A DNA stretch of 64,000 bases from Macrostomum lignano (taxonomy: Eukaryota): positions 1-64,000 of the forward strand of contig NIVC01003732.1 of assembly GCA_002269645.1 (NCBI GenBank), written 5' to 3'. Below the pieces are notes generated by a model that saw only the letters and a program-made list of their open reading frames with translations, was not told the origin of the DNA and did no database searches. Positions 9,601 through 32,900 of the stretch are shown here, piece by piece (the first letter of the stretch is position 1; every line of letters begins with the position of its first letter). Both the position numbers and the translations under genes were made by a program.

Positions 9601-10402
9601 AACCATTCATTTTTTCAATCTTATATATATCATCTATTGCTACTGGGTATGATATGTTTTTCATTATTATTTCATCCTCATATTGTCTATAATTATATAT
9701 TTTATTAATGTGTGATTCTACTTGATTGTGATATTTATGAATTAATAAACACCATAATAAACATTTATTATCTTTATTGTCTGGATTTATAATCATAGGT
9801 GATTTAAATTTGAGCTTCATATGTGATCGTCCTTTAAGAATTTCTATAGGTGCAATCTTTACTATTGCTGAATTACAGGATACAAATATAAACCCAGATC
9901 CGTTTTCTGTCATCTTATCTATCCATTCATCAAACTCAGCTTCTATTTGATCGAATTGATTGTTGTAATTTCCCATTGATAATAATGTTTTATATGATTC
10001 TTGTGAAAAGTTATTTATTACTTCAATTTCTGAATTTGCATTAAGAATATTTGGTTTTTTAAATTCTGTTTCAACTTCTATTTTATACTTAATTGGCTGT
10101 CGTTTGTTATTTGGCCTTATAGTATAATTGTTTAATATAGTCTTTAATTTATCTTTCATTTGTTTAAAATATTCTTTATAATTTGTATTTATATCTATAT
10201 CTATATATATTACTTCAGCTCCATTTTGTCCTTGTGGTTGGGGGTTATTAATATCATTTAATTGTCTTTCTAAACGTATCTCATTTTCTGCCCTAATTCT
10301 TGCTTCTATTTCAGCCCTATCGGCAATTCGTTGTGCATCGATTTGAGCTATTAATTGTGCTCTAAGTTCAGGGTTGTCGATTTGAGCTAAAATTGCTTCC
10401 AT
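6685..10402 (-). CDS. polB: Protein-primed family B DNA polymerase with N-terminal terminal-protein/vOTU-like region and endonuclease VII insert; two frameshifts (near 7820 and 7250)
   Basis: Exonuclease IYADFE, FFHNGSGYDFHFL and FLDSLRFL; RKGIYPYEY; LYLDANNLYGGCM; KLMNNAFYGKT; YADTDSL; KIKGV; EndoVII CFMC..HCHLTGNYRGAACRSCN. Joins ORFs 7772..10402, 7248..7826 and 6685..7245. Confidence 0.95.
7116..7143 (+). other. Double-hairpin element copy 4 (in polB, after YADTDS)
   Basis: AT|CGAACC-TTT-GGTTCG CGGAC-TCC-GTCCG|GT. Confidence 0.85.
9121..9148 (+). other. Double-hairpin element copy 5 (in polB exonuclease region)
   Basis: AC|CGTCTC-GTA-GGGTCG CATGC-TTT-GCATG|AT. Confidence 0.8.
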
Positions 10403-10486
10403 TTTATAGAATAAAATTTATATAATGTTTGAATTATTGATTTTTTAATTTTGTGTTTTTGGTGTCCAGACCCTCCCCCCAGGAGC

Positions 10487-11472
10487 CTATTCGAGATCTG
10501 CTTTTGGTAACAGTAATCCATTGCCCATAACGTTTGAATTTAAGAAAATTCCTGAACCTGCTTTTGGTCTCATTTCGAGATATAATCCGCTTCCGTCGTG
10601 TTTTTCAATGATATTAAAATCTTTTCCTAACTTAGTAAAAATCTTCTGAACTGCTGGCCTAAAATTGGATCCAATATTGTCAAAAAATCCTTTAGCTTTC
10701 TCACCCGTTTTTTCTAAAGTTTGGCCAAATTCATGTAGTTTATCTGCGACAACTCCACTTCCTTGGGTTGTTCCTTGTAAAAGTAAACCATTGCCATGAT
10801 TTGATCCTTTTAGTATTAACCCTTTTCCAGCTGATAACCTAGCTTCTGCATTTCTTTTTTGCTCAGCTGTTGCTGAACTACTATTAATTGTATCGATAAG
10901 TTTTTGTTTAAATTGTGCGTCCTGCGTTATTTGCTGTCTTTGAAATTCGGCCTCTCTTTTAGCTTTTTCGTCCGCAGCTTTTTTGTCATTTACTGCTTTT
11001 GCAATTCCAGCTGCTCCGCCAGCAACTCCTCCAGCTGCTCCAATTCCTGCAAAAATTATTGGGAGCAAAGCTGCAAGGGGTAAGATTCCCCCTGTTTCGC
11101 TCTTAACTCTCCTAGCTGTTTTACATTATCATGAATTCTTTTTCCGGCTAAACCGACTGCTCCAGCTGCACCAAGTCCTAAAAGAAGCGGTAGAATGGGT
11201 AGTAATCCACCGTCCTTTTTAGTGTGAGTCTCCATTAAAAATTTCACATCGGAGTCTGTCAACCTATAATTTCTGCCGCGATTCTTAAAGGATATTGGCC
11301 TTCCTTCTTGTGCATATTTTGCTGCGAGTTTAAATGTATCGATGTCGTAGTCAAACTTTTTACCTAATCGATCCAATCTTTTTAACATTGTGTGGCTATG
11401 TTTATTATCATCTAGATCTAAAGTATCTACAATTTCTCCTATAAAATATAAGCGGTCGTTATCTGTGTCCAT
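10487..11472 (-). CDS. Protein X/core-like precursor with two adenovirus pX-like hydrophobic peptides (one frameshift near 11090)
   Basis: Adding one G at KQGG joins ORFs 11056..11472 and 10487..11068. Motifs GGLLPILPLLLGLGAAG and GGILPLAALLPIIFAGIGAAGG resemble the adenovirus pX C-terminus, and GxG-L motifs recur. Confidence 0.65.
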
Positions 11473-11482
11473 TTTTATATTG

Positions 11483-11881
11483 TTAAAATTTCTTTAATCC
11501 TTTTCCACCTTTAATAGTATTTAACATTTTATTAAAATCCTGAATATCTTTATTACTTATTGGTGCGCTTTTCGTGGGGGTTTCTGTTGGTTGTGCGGCT
11601 TGTGCCAGCTTTAAATCTTTTATTGCATTTATTTGTGAGAGGGTGTCGTTAAAATCTCTCAATTTCTTTAGTTCTTCTGCCGCTCTAGCTGCTTCAATTC
11701 CTCCTTTTACAGCATTTGTTATAGAGCCTGCTGCAGAGCCAGCTTGCCCTATAAGCCCCATATTGTCTTTAACAAAATTTGCTGCTGTTCCAACCACATC
11801 AAAAAGCCCCTCACCTCGGTATTCAACTGGGTCTCCTACCTGCAATTCATTCAGATTTTGCATATGTGTAACGTGTGTCAT
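11483..11881 (-). CDS. Core/cement-like viral protein with GxG cleavage-like motifs
   Basis: 132-aa ORF: RGEGLFDVVGTAANFV amphipathic helix and C-terminal KGGKGLKKF, typical of Polinton virion proteins. Confidence 0.55.
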   Translation of the reverse strand: MTHVTHMQNLNELQVGDPVEYRGEGLFDVVGTAANFVKDNMGLIGQAGSAAGSITNAVKGGIEAARAAEELKKLRDFNDTLSQINAIKDLKLAQAAQPTETPTKSAPISNKDIQDFNKMLNTIKGGKGLKKF

Positions 11882-12102
11882 TTTTTGTTCTATTTTTAGT
11901 AACAGAAAAAGATTGTCTGCATTCCATTTAGACCAGATTTTGGACCAAACAAAACTAGACTATCGTTTTGGTTTTCGTTTTCAAAAATTTGGTCTGAGAT
12001 CTGGTCTAAATGGAATGTTGGGTGGGTAGGTGAGCTGACTATAAATAGCTTCTATTCTTTCCGACCCTTCGCGCCTGCGGCGCGGGCAAGGGGTTATAGA
12101 GT

Positions 12103-12370
12103 AGTAGTATAGAAAAAGACGCTTCTAGATCAGACCTTATTTTAATGGCCGTTTGTAAGGTCTTAGGAGGGGGGACGCGAGGGGGGTGTTGGGGAGTGTT
12201 TGGAAGTGTTGGGAAGTGATTTTTATTGTTAGGGGTGATTATGGGTGATTAGATGTGTTAATGGTGTTTAGATGTGTTTTTTTATTTACCCCCCGTGTCC
12301 CCCCTCTGGACCCTTAAAACGGTCATTAAAAAAGTGCTCTGGGTCTAGAAGCGTCTTTTTCTATACTACT
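12103..12370. repeat. Imperfect terminal palindrome of the Polinton (arms of about 85 bp)
   Basis: AGTAGTATAGAAAAAGACGCTTCTAGA... at 12103 is the reverse complement of ...TCTAGAAGCGTCTTTTTCTATACTACT ending at 12370. Similarity continues imperfectly to the G-rich/C-rich tracts. Confidence 0.85.
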
Positions 12371-12493
12371 GGCCTCAATACTCCACGGAGGCCTCAAATC
12401 CCTTGATATTTTTATCTACGCGTATTTAGACTGTGCACCTGTCAGAGTAGAAACTAAAGGCCATTCAAACAGTCAATTAGCTGTCACAACGAG

Positions 12494-23529
<11,036 letters not shown>

Positions 23530-23554
23530 CGTAATAGTGGCGCCGACCCCCCAA

Positions 23555-23730
23555 GTCTTACCTAAATTCATATGCGGTGTGACCCCAGTCTGACCTAAAT
23601 TCATATGCGGTGTGACCCCAGTCTGACCTAAATTCATATGCGGTGTGACCCCAGTCTGACCTAAATTCATATGCGGTGTGACCCCAGTCTGACCTAAATT
23701 CATATGCGGTGTGACCACAGTTTGACCTAA
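23555..23730. repeat. 33-bp minisatellite just downstream of the sim stop
   Basis: About 5 copies of GACCCCAGTCTGACCTAAATTCATATGCGGTGT. Confidence 0.93.
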
Positions 23731-24019
23731 ATGAGCCTTGCCAGCTTGTTTATACATTCTAACTTAACACTGTGGGACCTGTCACGTGATTTTAATAGAG
23801 TATGACTCATAACGTAACCTAATCACACTATATTAAAAATAAACACCAGCTAAACAAAAACCCTTTCTTTTTTATTACTTTCCTGGAAGTAAGAGGTTGA
23901 AAAAAAATTTCGATCTAAAAATTTTTTAGATAGAAACTACTATAAATGTTGCGCAAAAACACAAATGACTAATGGTACAGGACTGAGAGCCGCTGACTTT
24001 ATTGGATTAATAAATGGCT

Positions 24020-24490
24020 AACGTGTGAGAGAGACAGGTAAATAAGCACAGGTAAAGGTGAAAGAGACAGATGGATAAGGACAGGTAAAGTTGAGAGAGA
24101 CAGATGGATAAGGACAGGTAAAGGTAAGAGAGAGACAGGCAGATAAGGACAGGTAGAGGTGAGAGAGACAGATGGATAAGGACAGGCAAAGGTGAAAGAG
24201 ACAGGTGGATAAGGACAGGTAAAGGTGGGAGAGACAGGTAGATAAGGACAGGTAGAGGTGAGAGAGACAGATGGATAAGGACAGGTAGAGGTGAGAGAGA
24301 CAGATGGATAAGGACAGGCAAAGGTGAGAGAGACAGGTGGATAAGGACAGGCAAAAGTGAGAGAGACAGGTGGATAAGGACAGGTAAAGGTGAGAGAGAC
24401 AGGTAGATAAGGACAGGTAAAGGTGAGAGAGAGACAGGCAGATAAGGACAGGTAGAGGTGAGAGAGACAGGTAGATAAGGACAGGTAAAG
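24020..24490. repeat. 36-bp purine-rich minisatellite
   Basis: GAGAGACAGATGGATAAGGACAGGTAAAGGT-type units. Confidence 0.9.
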
Positions 24491-24622
24491 GTCAGAGACA
24501 GGGGAAACCATGCCGGAAATTCAGCAAAGCAACAGAAACACTCATGAGCATATTCAAGAGACGCCTAAAGTCCACAAATCCCCAAAATCCTGTTTTCCAA
24601 GAAACCGCATCGGCTAAGGACC

Positions 24623-26331
24623 CTACTGCTGCAGGTAGAGTTTTCCTAGAATCACGCCGGCAGCAACGCCGGCCAGGCAGAGCAGCATCGCCCCCGAGTC
24701 GGTGGTTGGTGGTCGAAAAAATCGATAAAAAGCAACAACGACCGACACGGGCGCCGCGGCAACTGCCGCGAGAGTCGCCGAAGTTGACGAAGCTGCCTCG
24801 GCCAGCTGGCGCAGATGACGCCGCCGACGGGCCTCGCGGCGTAGGCCAACTTTGCGCAGTCGCAGCTCCTCCTGGCACAGTCTGGCGTTCTCCTGCCGCA
24901 GTCGGTGCAGCTCGGCCTCCAGCTGCTCCTCCAGCTGCTCCTCGGGCGAGCGCTGGTCTCTGGGCGAATCCGAGGCATTCGACGCGTTGCTTTCGCTGTC
25001 CTGCTGGATCGTCGCCGACTGCAGCTGCTCAATCCATCGAGTAGCCGCTGTTGAGTTCTTTAGTGGCCATGAGGCCGAGGCTGGGCCGCCAACTGGGATT
25101 CTGCTCACCTGCAGGCAGGTCCCGATGCCAATGCGCCATCGGTGCACTCGGACATTTGCTGGTTTGGCCAGCCAACACCCCAACCCGTCCCCTCCCCACC
25201 TCCCCCATTTGGCCAGCCAAACCCTAGCCCGTCCCCACCACCCCACTTGCTGATTTGGCCAGCCAACACCCCAACCCCTCCTCACCACCCCACTTGCTGA
25301 TTTGGCCAGCCAACACCCCAACCCCTCCCCACCACCCCACTTGCTGATTGGCCAGCGAACACCCCAACCCCTCCCACCACCCCATTTGCTGATTGGCCAG
25401 CCAACACCACAACCCGTCACCCTCCCCACCTCCCCCATTTGGCCAGCCAAGCAAACCCCTAAGCTTAAAGTCAACTCACATTGAGCCGATAGCACATCAC
25501 ATCTCTCGGCGTGGCGGCCTTCCACAAAGCATCCACGCTTTGATGATTTAAAGCGCCAGGTTTCACTACCAGTTTGAATCATAAACTTGTGCTGTGGCGA
25601 TTGATTTAAGTGGACATTATCGATTTCCGAATCCTCATCTGGCTCGGACAGCGGGAGCAGCGTGATGGCCACCTCGAGCTCGCTGAATGGCTGCAGTAGT
25701 CCAATGTTTGGCCGTACGCTGTAACACTTTGGTACCGTTGTTTTCACCTTTGAATTGGTCGAATGCGAACACGAGTAAATACTCTAAAAATAGCGATATA
25801 CTGCATCACTGTTCCGTGCTGGGCGTAGCCAGTATTTTATTTTATGAGGGGCACCAGCAGCAGAGGCGCCAGCAGCAGAGGCGCCAGCACCAGAGGCGCT
25901 AGCACTCAGACAGCCAATCAGAATCGAGAGCCAACAAGAATCAGGAGCCAATAAGAATCGAGAGCCAATAGGAGTCGAGAGCCAATAAGAATCGAGAGCC
26001 AATAAGAATCAAGAGCCAATAAGAATCAAGAGCCAATAAGAATCGAGAGCCATGCAATAAAAATCGAGAGCCAATCAGAATCAAGAGAAGAGCAGAAAAT
26101 TAAGCGAGGGACAGACAGGGTCAGAAAATGCCCCGTGAACTATATCTAAAATGTCTCAGACTAGGACTGTATCGAGTGATGAATGCTTGAAAGTGGAATC
26201 ACAACAGCTTTCAAACTTACCTTAAAGGTGAGAATATAGGTATCTTGATTGCACAGTCGGAGCAACGAAGTTATGGGCTTATTAAAAGGGCCTCGAAATT
26301 CGAGTTCAGACTCAGGCAAAATTTTCAGCAT
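24623..26331 (-). CDS. VAP: Divergent VAP-family protein (MSP domain, coiled coil, C-terminal TM), 3 exons, about 304 aa
   Basis: Exon 26331-26221 MLKILPESELEFRGPFNKPITSLLRLCNQDTYILTFK; exon 25747-25480 VKTTVPKCYSVRPNIG..HKFMIQ; exon 25158-24623 LHRLRQENARLCQEELRLRK..LLCLAGVAAGVILGKLYL. The exon 2/3 boundary is less certain. Confidence 0.82.
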
Positions 26332-26649
26332 CTCTGCAACTGGCCAACGTAGGAAGACCCGCAGGTAAATTCCAGCTCTGCAGGGTTCGTGAATTGTAAA
26401 TCTCTAGTTATGGATTATTCGCTTGAAATAGTAAATTTTTATTAGTGAAAAAAAAGACTGAAGTAACAAATAATGACTATAGCGACGTGTACTTTTCTTA
26501 GCTAAGTGGACGCGTACATGTACTTTTATTAGCTGCACGTAATCGAGTGGTGCAAAAATGCAAACGAGCTAAGCTTTAGGAATAGGCTTTGTTGTCGTGA
26601 CATGATTCAATAAATCATTTGATGTATCAATTAACAAAACAATCTATAA

Positions 26650-27240
26650 ATGATTAATCGAGTAATAAATCAATCAATCAATCAACCCACCAATCAATCC
26701 ATCAACAAATCGATCAAACCAACCAATCAATCAATTAACAAATTTATCAATTTATCAACTATCAATCGATCAACCAATCAAACAATTAACAAATCAATCA
26801 ATCGATCAACGAATCAATCAACCAACAAATAAATCAATCAATCGATCAACAAATCAATCAATCAATGAATCAATCAATCGATCAACAAATCAATCAATCG
26901 ATCAACAAATCAATCAATTGATCAACGAATCAACGAATAGATTAACAAATCAATCGATCAACGAATTAATCAATCGATCAATGAAGAATGAATCAATCGA
27001 TCAATGAATCAATCAACCAACAAATCAATCAATCAATCGATCAACGAATCCATCAATCGATCAATGAATCAATCAATCGATCAACAAATCAATCAATTGA
27101 TCAACGAATCAACGAATAGATTAACAAATCAATCGATCAACAAACCAATCAATCGATCAACGAATTAATCAATCGATCAATGAGTTAATCAATCGATCAA
27201 TGAATCAATCAATCGATCAACGAATCAATAATTAATCGTT
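26650..27240. repeat. (AATC)n-derived microsatellite
   Basis: Direct inspection. Confidence 0.93.
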
Positions 27241-27669
27241 CAATACCTAAATATACAAGTCAATTAATATATGTACGTGTTAATAAAAAATCTAGCATAA
27301 GATTACATCAATCTAGTCAATTCGTGCTTTTTTAAAACTTCGGCCCTTTAAAATTATCATCGTACCTCAACTGAAGAAACGCACACGGGAACTTACCACA
27401 ACTGATTATCGACTGACCTATCGATGGACATTTAAATTAAATTAAATTAATTATTACACGCCAGAGTTCCGATACCAGATTATAAATCACAAGTAAACAA
27501 ACCTTTCAAGTTGGTTTTCAGTTTTGAGCATACATATTGACCATAGATAAGGGGAACCTTTGCTTTACCGAAGTAATACTTTCTATGATTTATATCATAT
27601 ATCGTACCTTTAGGCCTTTTGTTTGAATGCATTTTGAGATTAATATGACACAGTTACAGACTCCTACTA

Positions 27670-28250
27670 ATTATGGCGCCACAATGACTTGGTTTAATGA
27701 TGGCGCCACAATAAATCGGCCTTATGATGGCGCCACACTGACTCGGCCTAATGATGGCGCCACACTGACTCACCCCAATGATGGCGCCACAATGACTTAA
27801 TTCAATAATGGCGCCACAATGATTCGGCCCAATGATGGCGCCACAATAACTCAACCTAATGATGGCGCCAAAATGATTTAACCTAATGATAGCGCCACAA
27901 TGACTCAGCCAAATGATGGCGCCACAATAACTCAACCTAATGATGGCGCCAAAATGATTTAACCTAATGATAGCGCCACAATGACTCAGCCAAATGATGG
28001 CGCCACAATAACTCAACCTAATGATGGCGCCAAAATGATTTAACCTAATGATGGCGCCAAAATGATTTAACCTAATGATGGCGCCAAAATGATTTAACCT
28101 AATGATAGCGCCACATTGACCCAACCTAGTAATGGCGCCACAATGACCCAACCCTAATAATGGCGCAACTATGACCCAACCTAATAATGGCGCAACTATG
28201 ACCCAACCCTAATAATGGCGCAACTATGACTAAGCTTAATGATGGCGTGA
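27670..28250. repeat. ATGATGGCGCCACA-based minisatellite (about 27-30-bp units)
   Basis: Direct inspection. Unit length varies. Confidence 0.88.
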
Positions 28251-29991
28251 ACTAGAAGAAAATTGAAATCAACAAACAGTGAATAGAGGCCAAGAAGTAA
28301 TCATTAGTCTGCTGAAATTTTCTGCAGCAAAAGTTCATTCACGAATTGCGGCAAAAAATTACTTTGAATAATAAAACAAATTAATATATATATATATAGA
28401 TGTATATTTATGAAACTAAATAGGCAAAACACACACGCGCACTTCATTCAAATGACGTCAGATATTAGTTATGCATAAATATGTTAGAATTTTATTCAGC
28501 AAGCAGGTGTAAGGTAGGGTGGCCTGAACGCATAATAATCAAATCGGCATTAACAGACTTATTAACTACAAGAGTGAAACTGTTTTTAATTTGGTTACAA
28601 AATAATCAATAAGTCTTGAGTTTGTCTTATTTGATAAATTAAAATAGTTAATTATGAGCGAAAACCTGACAACAGCACCACCGCAATATATATTCATGCT
28701 TATGGGTAATTAGCATATTATAATGAGCCCCCCCCAGCCTAAGCAACACAAAAGACTGAAATTAATTTGCAAGCTTATGAAGCAAACGAGAGAATATTAT
28801 ATTTCTCATTTAATTTCAAAGATTTGTGAGAGCAAAAAGGAAAATATATATAGCTACTTTTTATTACTAGTAGTAGCATCGATAGTATGCGAAACAAGCA
28901 TATTTAAGCAGAATAATAGTTTATTATTAATAAGCAAATTATAACGAAAAAAAGAGAAAAATGTCAATAATCAATCAACAAGCCAAAGATTATTTTCCAA
29001 CTGACAATATTGGGGATGGTCAATGGTGTGCAGGGTGCTCTCGACATGCTTTAAGAGTAATACTAATCCACATATTACTATGGTGAAGTAATTTAGTAAA
29101 ATGTAATTTATTAACACACCTACAAGTGGACCAAATCACAATCTGATCAGATACTACTAACAAGTAGGTAAGCAGTTTTCAAAGTCTAGCGCAATTCACG
29201 AATAGCAATAGATAAATATATGTACTTTTTAATTAGTTAGAACCACAGATGCTAGAATAACGTTCTAGACATTCCACTCAGCATATTTGCGTGCAAACTA
29301 CTTTCAGTTCAGTAGTAAGTTAAACAGAGGCATTTTAATGTATTTTTAAAGCCAAGACATTTATTGGTTTTTACCCCCACCCCAGGTCCCAGCTTAAACC
29401 TTCCAACCGCCCCTTTCCACAACCCCCCGCCCTGCCCCAATTTTTATTGCCTTTCTCGGAATTCCAGCCTAAAGCTGCCATGTACATTTCAGTGGACTGG
29501 CTAATGTACATTATTGCTGAACCAATTAACAAGCTGCTTACGACTGCAAGCTTGGGCTTCTGAACTTATCAAAGTTAGTTCAGCTGCCTTATTGTTATAA
29601 AATAGCTTATATATTCTTCTTTGCTACTGAACTGAAAGTAGACAACTGTTTTACAAAGTAAATATGCCTGAGTGGCCCATCTAGCTATTTTAGTATCTAT
29701 AGTTAGAACTGACAAAGAAAGGTGTGTGATACAAATGATAGGTAAGTAAGATATAGTACACTAAAAGAGCAGAGCCATTAATATTTTTAGACAATTGAGT
29801 TACTAAGCAAAAAAAACTGAGGAAAACCCGCCAAAAACAGTGACAGAGAAAAAACACAACTATAAATATATATCTGACACAAGTTCAAAGTCATGCACAC
29901 GGAGAACAGTGAGATACATAGGCAGTAACGCACACCCAATTACACCTAACAGCAGACCACAGTGCTTACATTGGTTATGGGAGCTGAGAGC

Positions 29992-32900
29992 AAATCTCAA
30001 GGCGGAACTGAGGGCGATTCTCAAGGCAGAACTGAGGGCGATTCTCAAGGCAGAACTGAGGGCGATTCTCAAGGCAGAACTGAGGGCGATTCTCAAGGCA
30101 GAACAGAGGGCGATTCTAAAGGCAGAACTGAGGGCGATTCTCAAGGCAGAACTGAGGGCGATTTTCAAGGCAGAACTGAGGGCGATTCTCAAGGCAGAAC
30201 TGAGGGCGATTCTCAAGGCAGAACTGAGGGCGATTCTCAAGGCAGAACTGAGGGCGATTCTCAAGGCAGAACTGAGGGCGATTCTCAAGGCAGAACTGAG
30301 GGCGATTCTCAAGGCAGAACTGAGGGCGATTCTCAAGGCAGAACTGAGGGCGATTCTCAAGGCAGAACTGAGGGCGATTCTCAAGGCAGAACTGAGGGCG
30401 ATTCTCAAGGCAGAACTGAGGGCGATTCTCAAGGCAGAACTGAGGGCGATTCTCAAGGCAGAACTGAGGGCGATTCTCAAGGCAGAACTGAGGGCGATTC
30501 TCAAGGCAGAACTGAGGGCGATTCTCAAGGCAGAACTGAGGGCGATTCTCAAGGCGGAACTGAGGGCGATTCTCAAAGCAGAACTGAGGGCGATTCTCAA
30601 GGCAGAACTGAGGGCGATTCTCAAGGCAGAACTGAGGGCGATTCTCAAGGCAGAACTGAGGGCGATTCTCAAGGCAGAACTGAGGGCGATTCTCAAGGCA
30701 GAACTGAGGGCGATTCTCAAGGCGGAACTGAGGGCGATTCTCAAAGCAGAACTGAGGGCGATTCTCAAGGCAGAACTGAGGGCGATTCTCAAGGCAGAAC
30801 TGAGGGCGATTCTCAAGGCAGAACTGAGGGCGATTCTCAAGGCAGAACTGAGGGCGATTCTCAAGGCAGAACTGAGGGCGATTCTCAAGGCAGAACTGAG
30901 GGCGATTCTCAAGGCAGAACTGAGGGCGATTCTCAAGGCAGAACTGAGGGCGATTCTAAAGGCAGAACTGAGGGCGATTCTCAAGGCAGAACTGAGGGCG
31001 ATTCTCAAGGCAGAACTGAGGGCGATTCTAAAGGCAGAACTGAGGGCGATTCTCAAGGCAGAACTGAGGGCGATTCTCAAGGCAGAACTGAGGGCGATTC
31101 TCAAGGCAGAACTGAGGGCGATTCTCAAGGCAGAACTGAGGGCGATTCTCAAGGCAGAACTGAGGGCGATTCTCAAGGCAGAACTGAGGGCGATTCTCAA
31201 GGCAGAACTGAGGGCGATTCTCAAGGCAGAACTGAGGGCGATTCTCAAGGCAGAACTGAGGGCGATTCTAAAGGCAGAACTGAGGGCGATTCTAAAGGCG
31301 GAACTGAGGGCGATTCTCAAGGTGGAACTGAGGGCGATTCTCAAAGCAGAACTGAGGGCGATTCTCAAGGCGGAACTGAGGGCGATTCTCAAGGCGGAAC
31401 TGAGAGCAAATCTCAAGGCGGAACTGAGGGCGATTCTCAAGGCAGAACTGAGGGCGATTCTCAAGGCAGAACTGAGGGCGATTTTCAAGGCAGAACTGAG
31501 GGCGATTCTCAAGGCAGAACTGAGGGCGATTCTCAAGGCAGAACTGAGGGCGATTCTCAAGGCAGAACTGAGGGCGATTCTCAAGGCAGAACTGAGGGCG
31601 ATTCTCAAGGCAGAACTGAGGGCGATTCTCAAGGCAGAACTGAGGGCGATTCTAAAGGCAGAACTGAGGGCGATTCTAAAGGCAGAACTGAGGGCGATTC
31701 TCAAGGCAGAACTGAGGGCGATTCTCAAGGCAGAACTGAGGGCGATTCTCAAGGCAGAACTGAGGGCGATTCTCAAGGCAGAACTGAGGGCGATTCTCAA
31801 GGCGGAACTGAGGGCGATTCTCAAAGCAGAACTGAGGGCGATTCTAAAGGCAGAACTGAGGGCGATTCTCAAGGCAGAACTGAGGGCGATTCTCAAGGCA
31901 GAACTGAGGGCGATTCTCAAGGCAGAACTGAGGGCGATTCTCAAGGCAGAACTGAGGGCGATTCTCAAGGCAGAACTGAGGGCGATTCTCAAGGCAGAAC
32001 TGAGGGCGATTCTCAAGGCAGAACTGAGGGCGATTCTAAAGGCAGAACTGAGGGCGATTCTCAAGGCAGAACTGAGGGCGATTCTCAAGGCAGAACTGAG
32101 GGCGATTCTAAAGGCAGAACTGAGGGCGATTCTCAAGGCAGAACTGAGGGCGATTCTCAAGGCAGAACTGAGGGCGATTCTCAAGGCAGAACTGAGGGCG
32201 ATTCTCAAGGCAGAACTGAGGGCGATTCTCAAGGCAGAACTGAGGGCGATTCTCAAGGCAGAACTGAGGGCGATTCTCAAGGCAGAACTGAGGGCGATTC
32301 TCAAGGCAGAACTGAGGGCGATTCTCAAGGCAGAACTGAGGGCGATTCTCAAGGCAGAACTGAGGGCGATTCTCAAGGCAGAACTGAGGGCGATTCTCAA
32401 GGCAGAACTGAGGGCGATTCTCAAGGCAGAACTGAGGGCGATTCTCAAAGCAGAACTGAGGGCGATTCTCAAGGCAGAACTGAGGGCGATTCTCAAGGCG
32501 GAACTGAGGGCGATTTTCAAGGCAGAACTGAGGGCGATTCTCAAGGCAGAACTGAGGGCGATTCTAAAGGCAGAACTGAGGGCGATTCTCAAGGCAGAAC
32601 TGAGGGCGATTCTCAAGGCAGAACTGAGGGCGATTCTCAAGGCAGAACTGAGGGCGATTCTCAAGGCAGAACTGAGGGCGATTCTCAAGGCAGAACTGAG
32701 GGCGATTCTCAAGGCAGAACTGAGGGCGATTCTAAAGGCAGAACTGAGGGCGATTCTAAAGGCGGAACTGAGGGCGATTCTCAAGGCGGAACTGAGGGCG
32801 ATTCTCAAGGCAGAACTGAGGGCGATTCTCAAGGCGGAACTGAGGGCGATTCTCAAGGCGGAACTGAGAGCAAATCTCAAGGCGGAACTGAGGGCGATTC

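Larger units (their letters stand above)
1..12370. mobile_element. Polinton/Maverick (adintovirus-like) endogenous virus, right portion; left end, integrase and major capsid gene not in window
   Basis: AT-rich, gene-dense, intronless block with pPolB, A32-like ATPase, penton, adenain-like protease and pX-like ORFs. It ends in ...TATACTACT at 12370, the reverse complement of the AGTAGT Polinton terminus, and host-type sequence follows. Confidence 0.93.
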
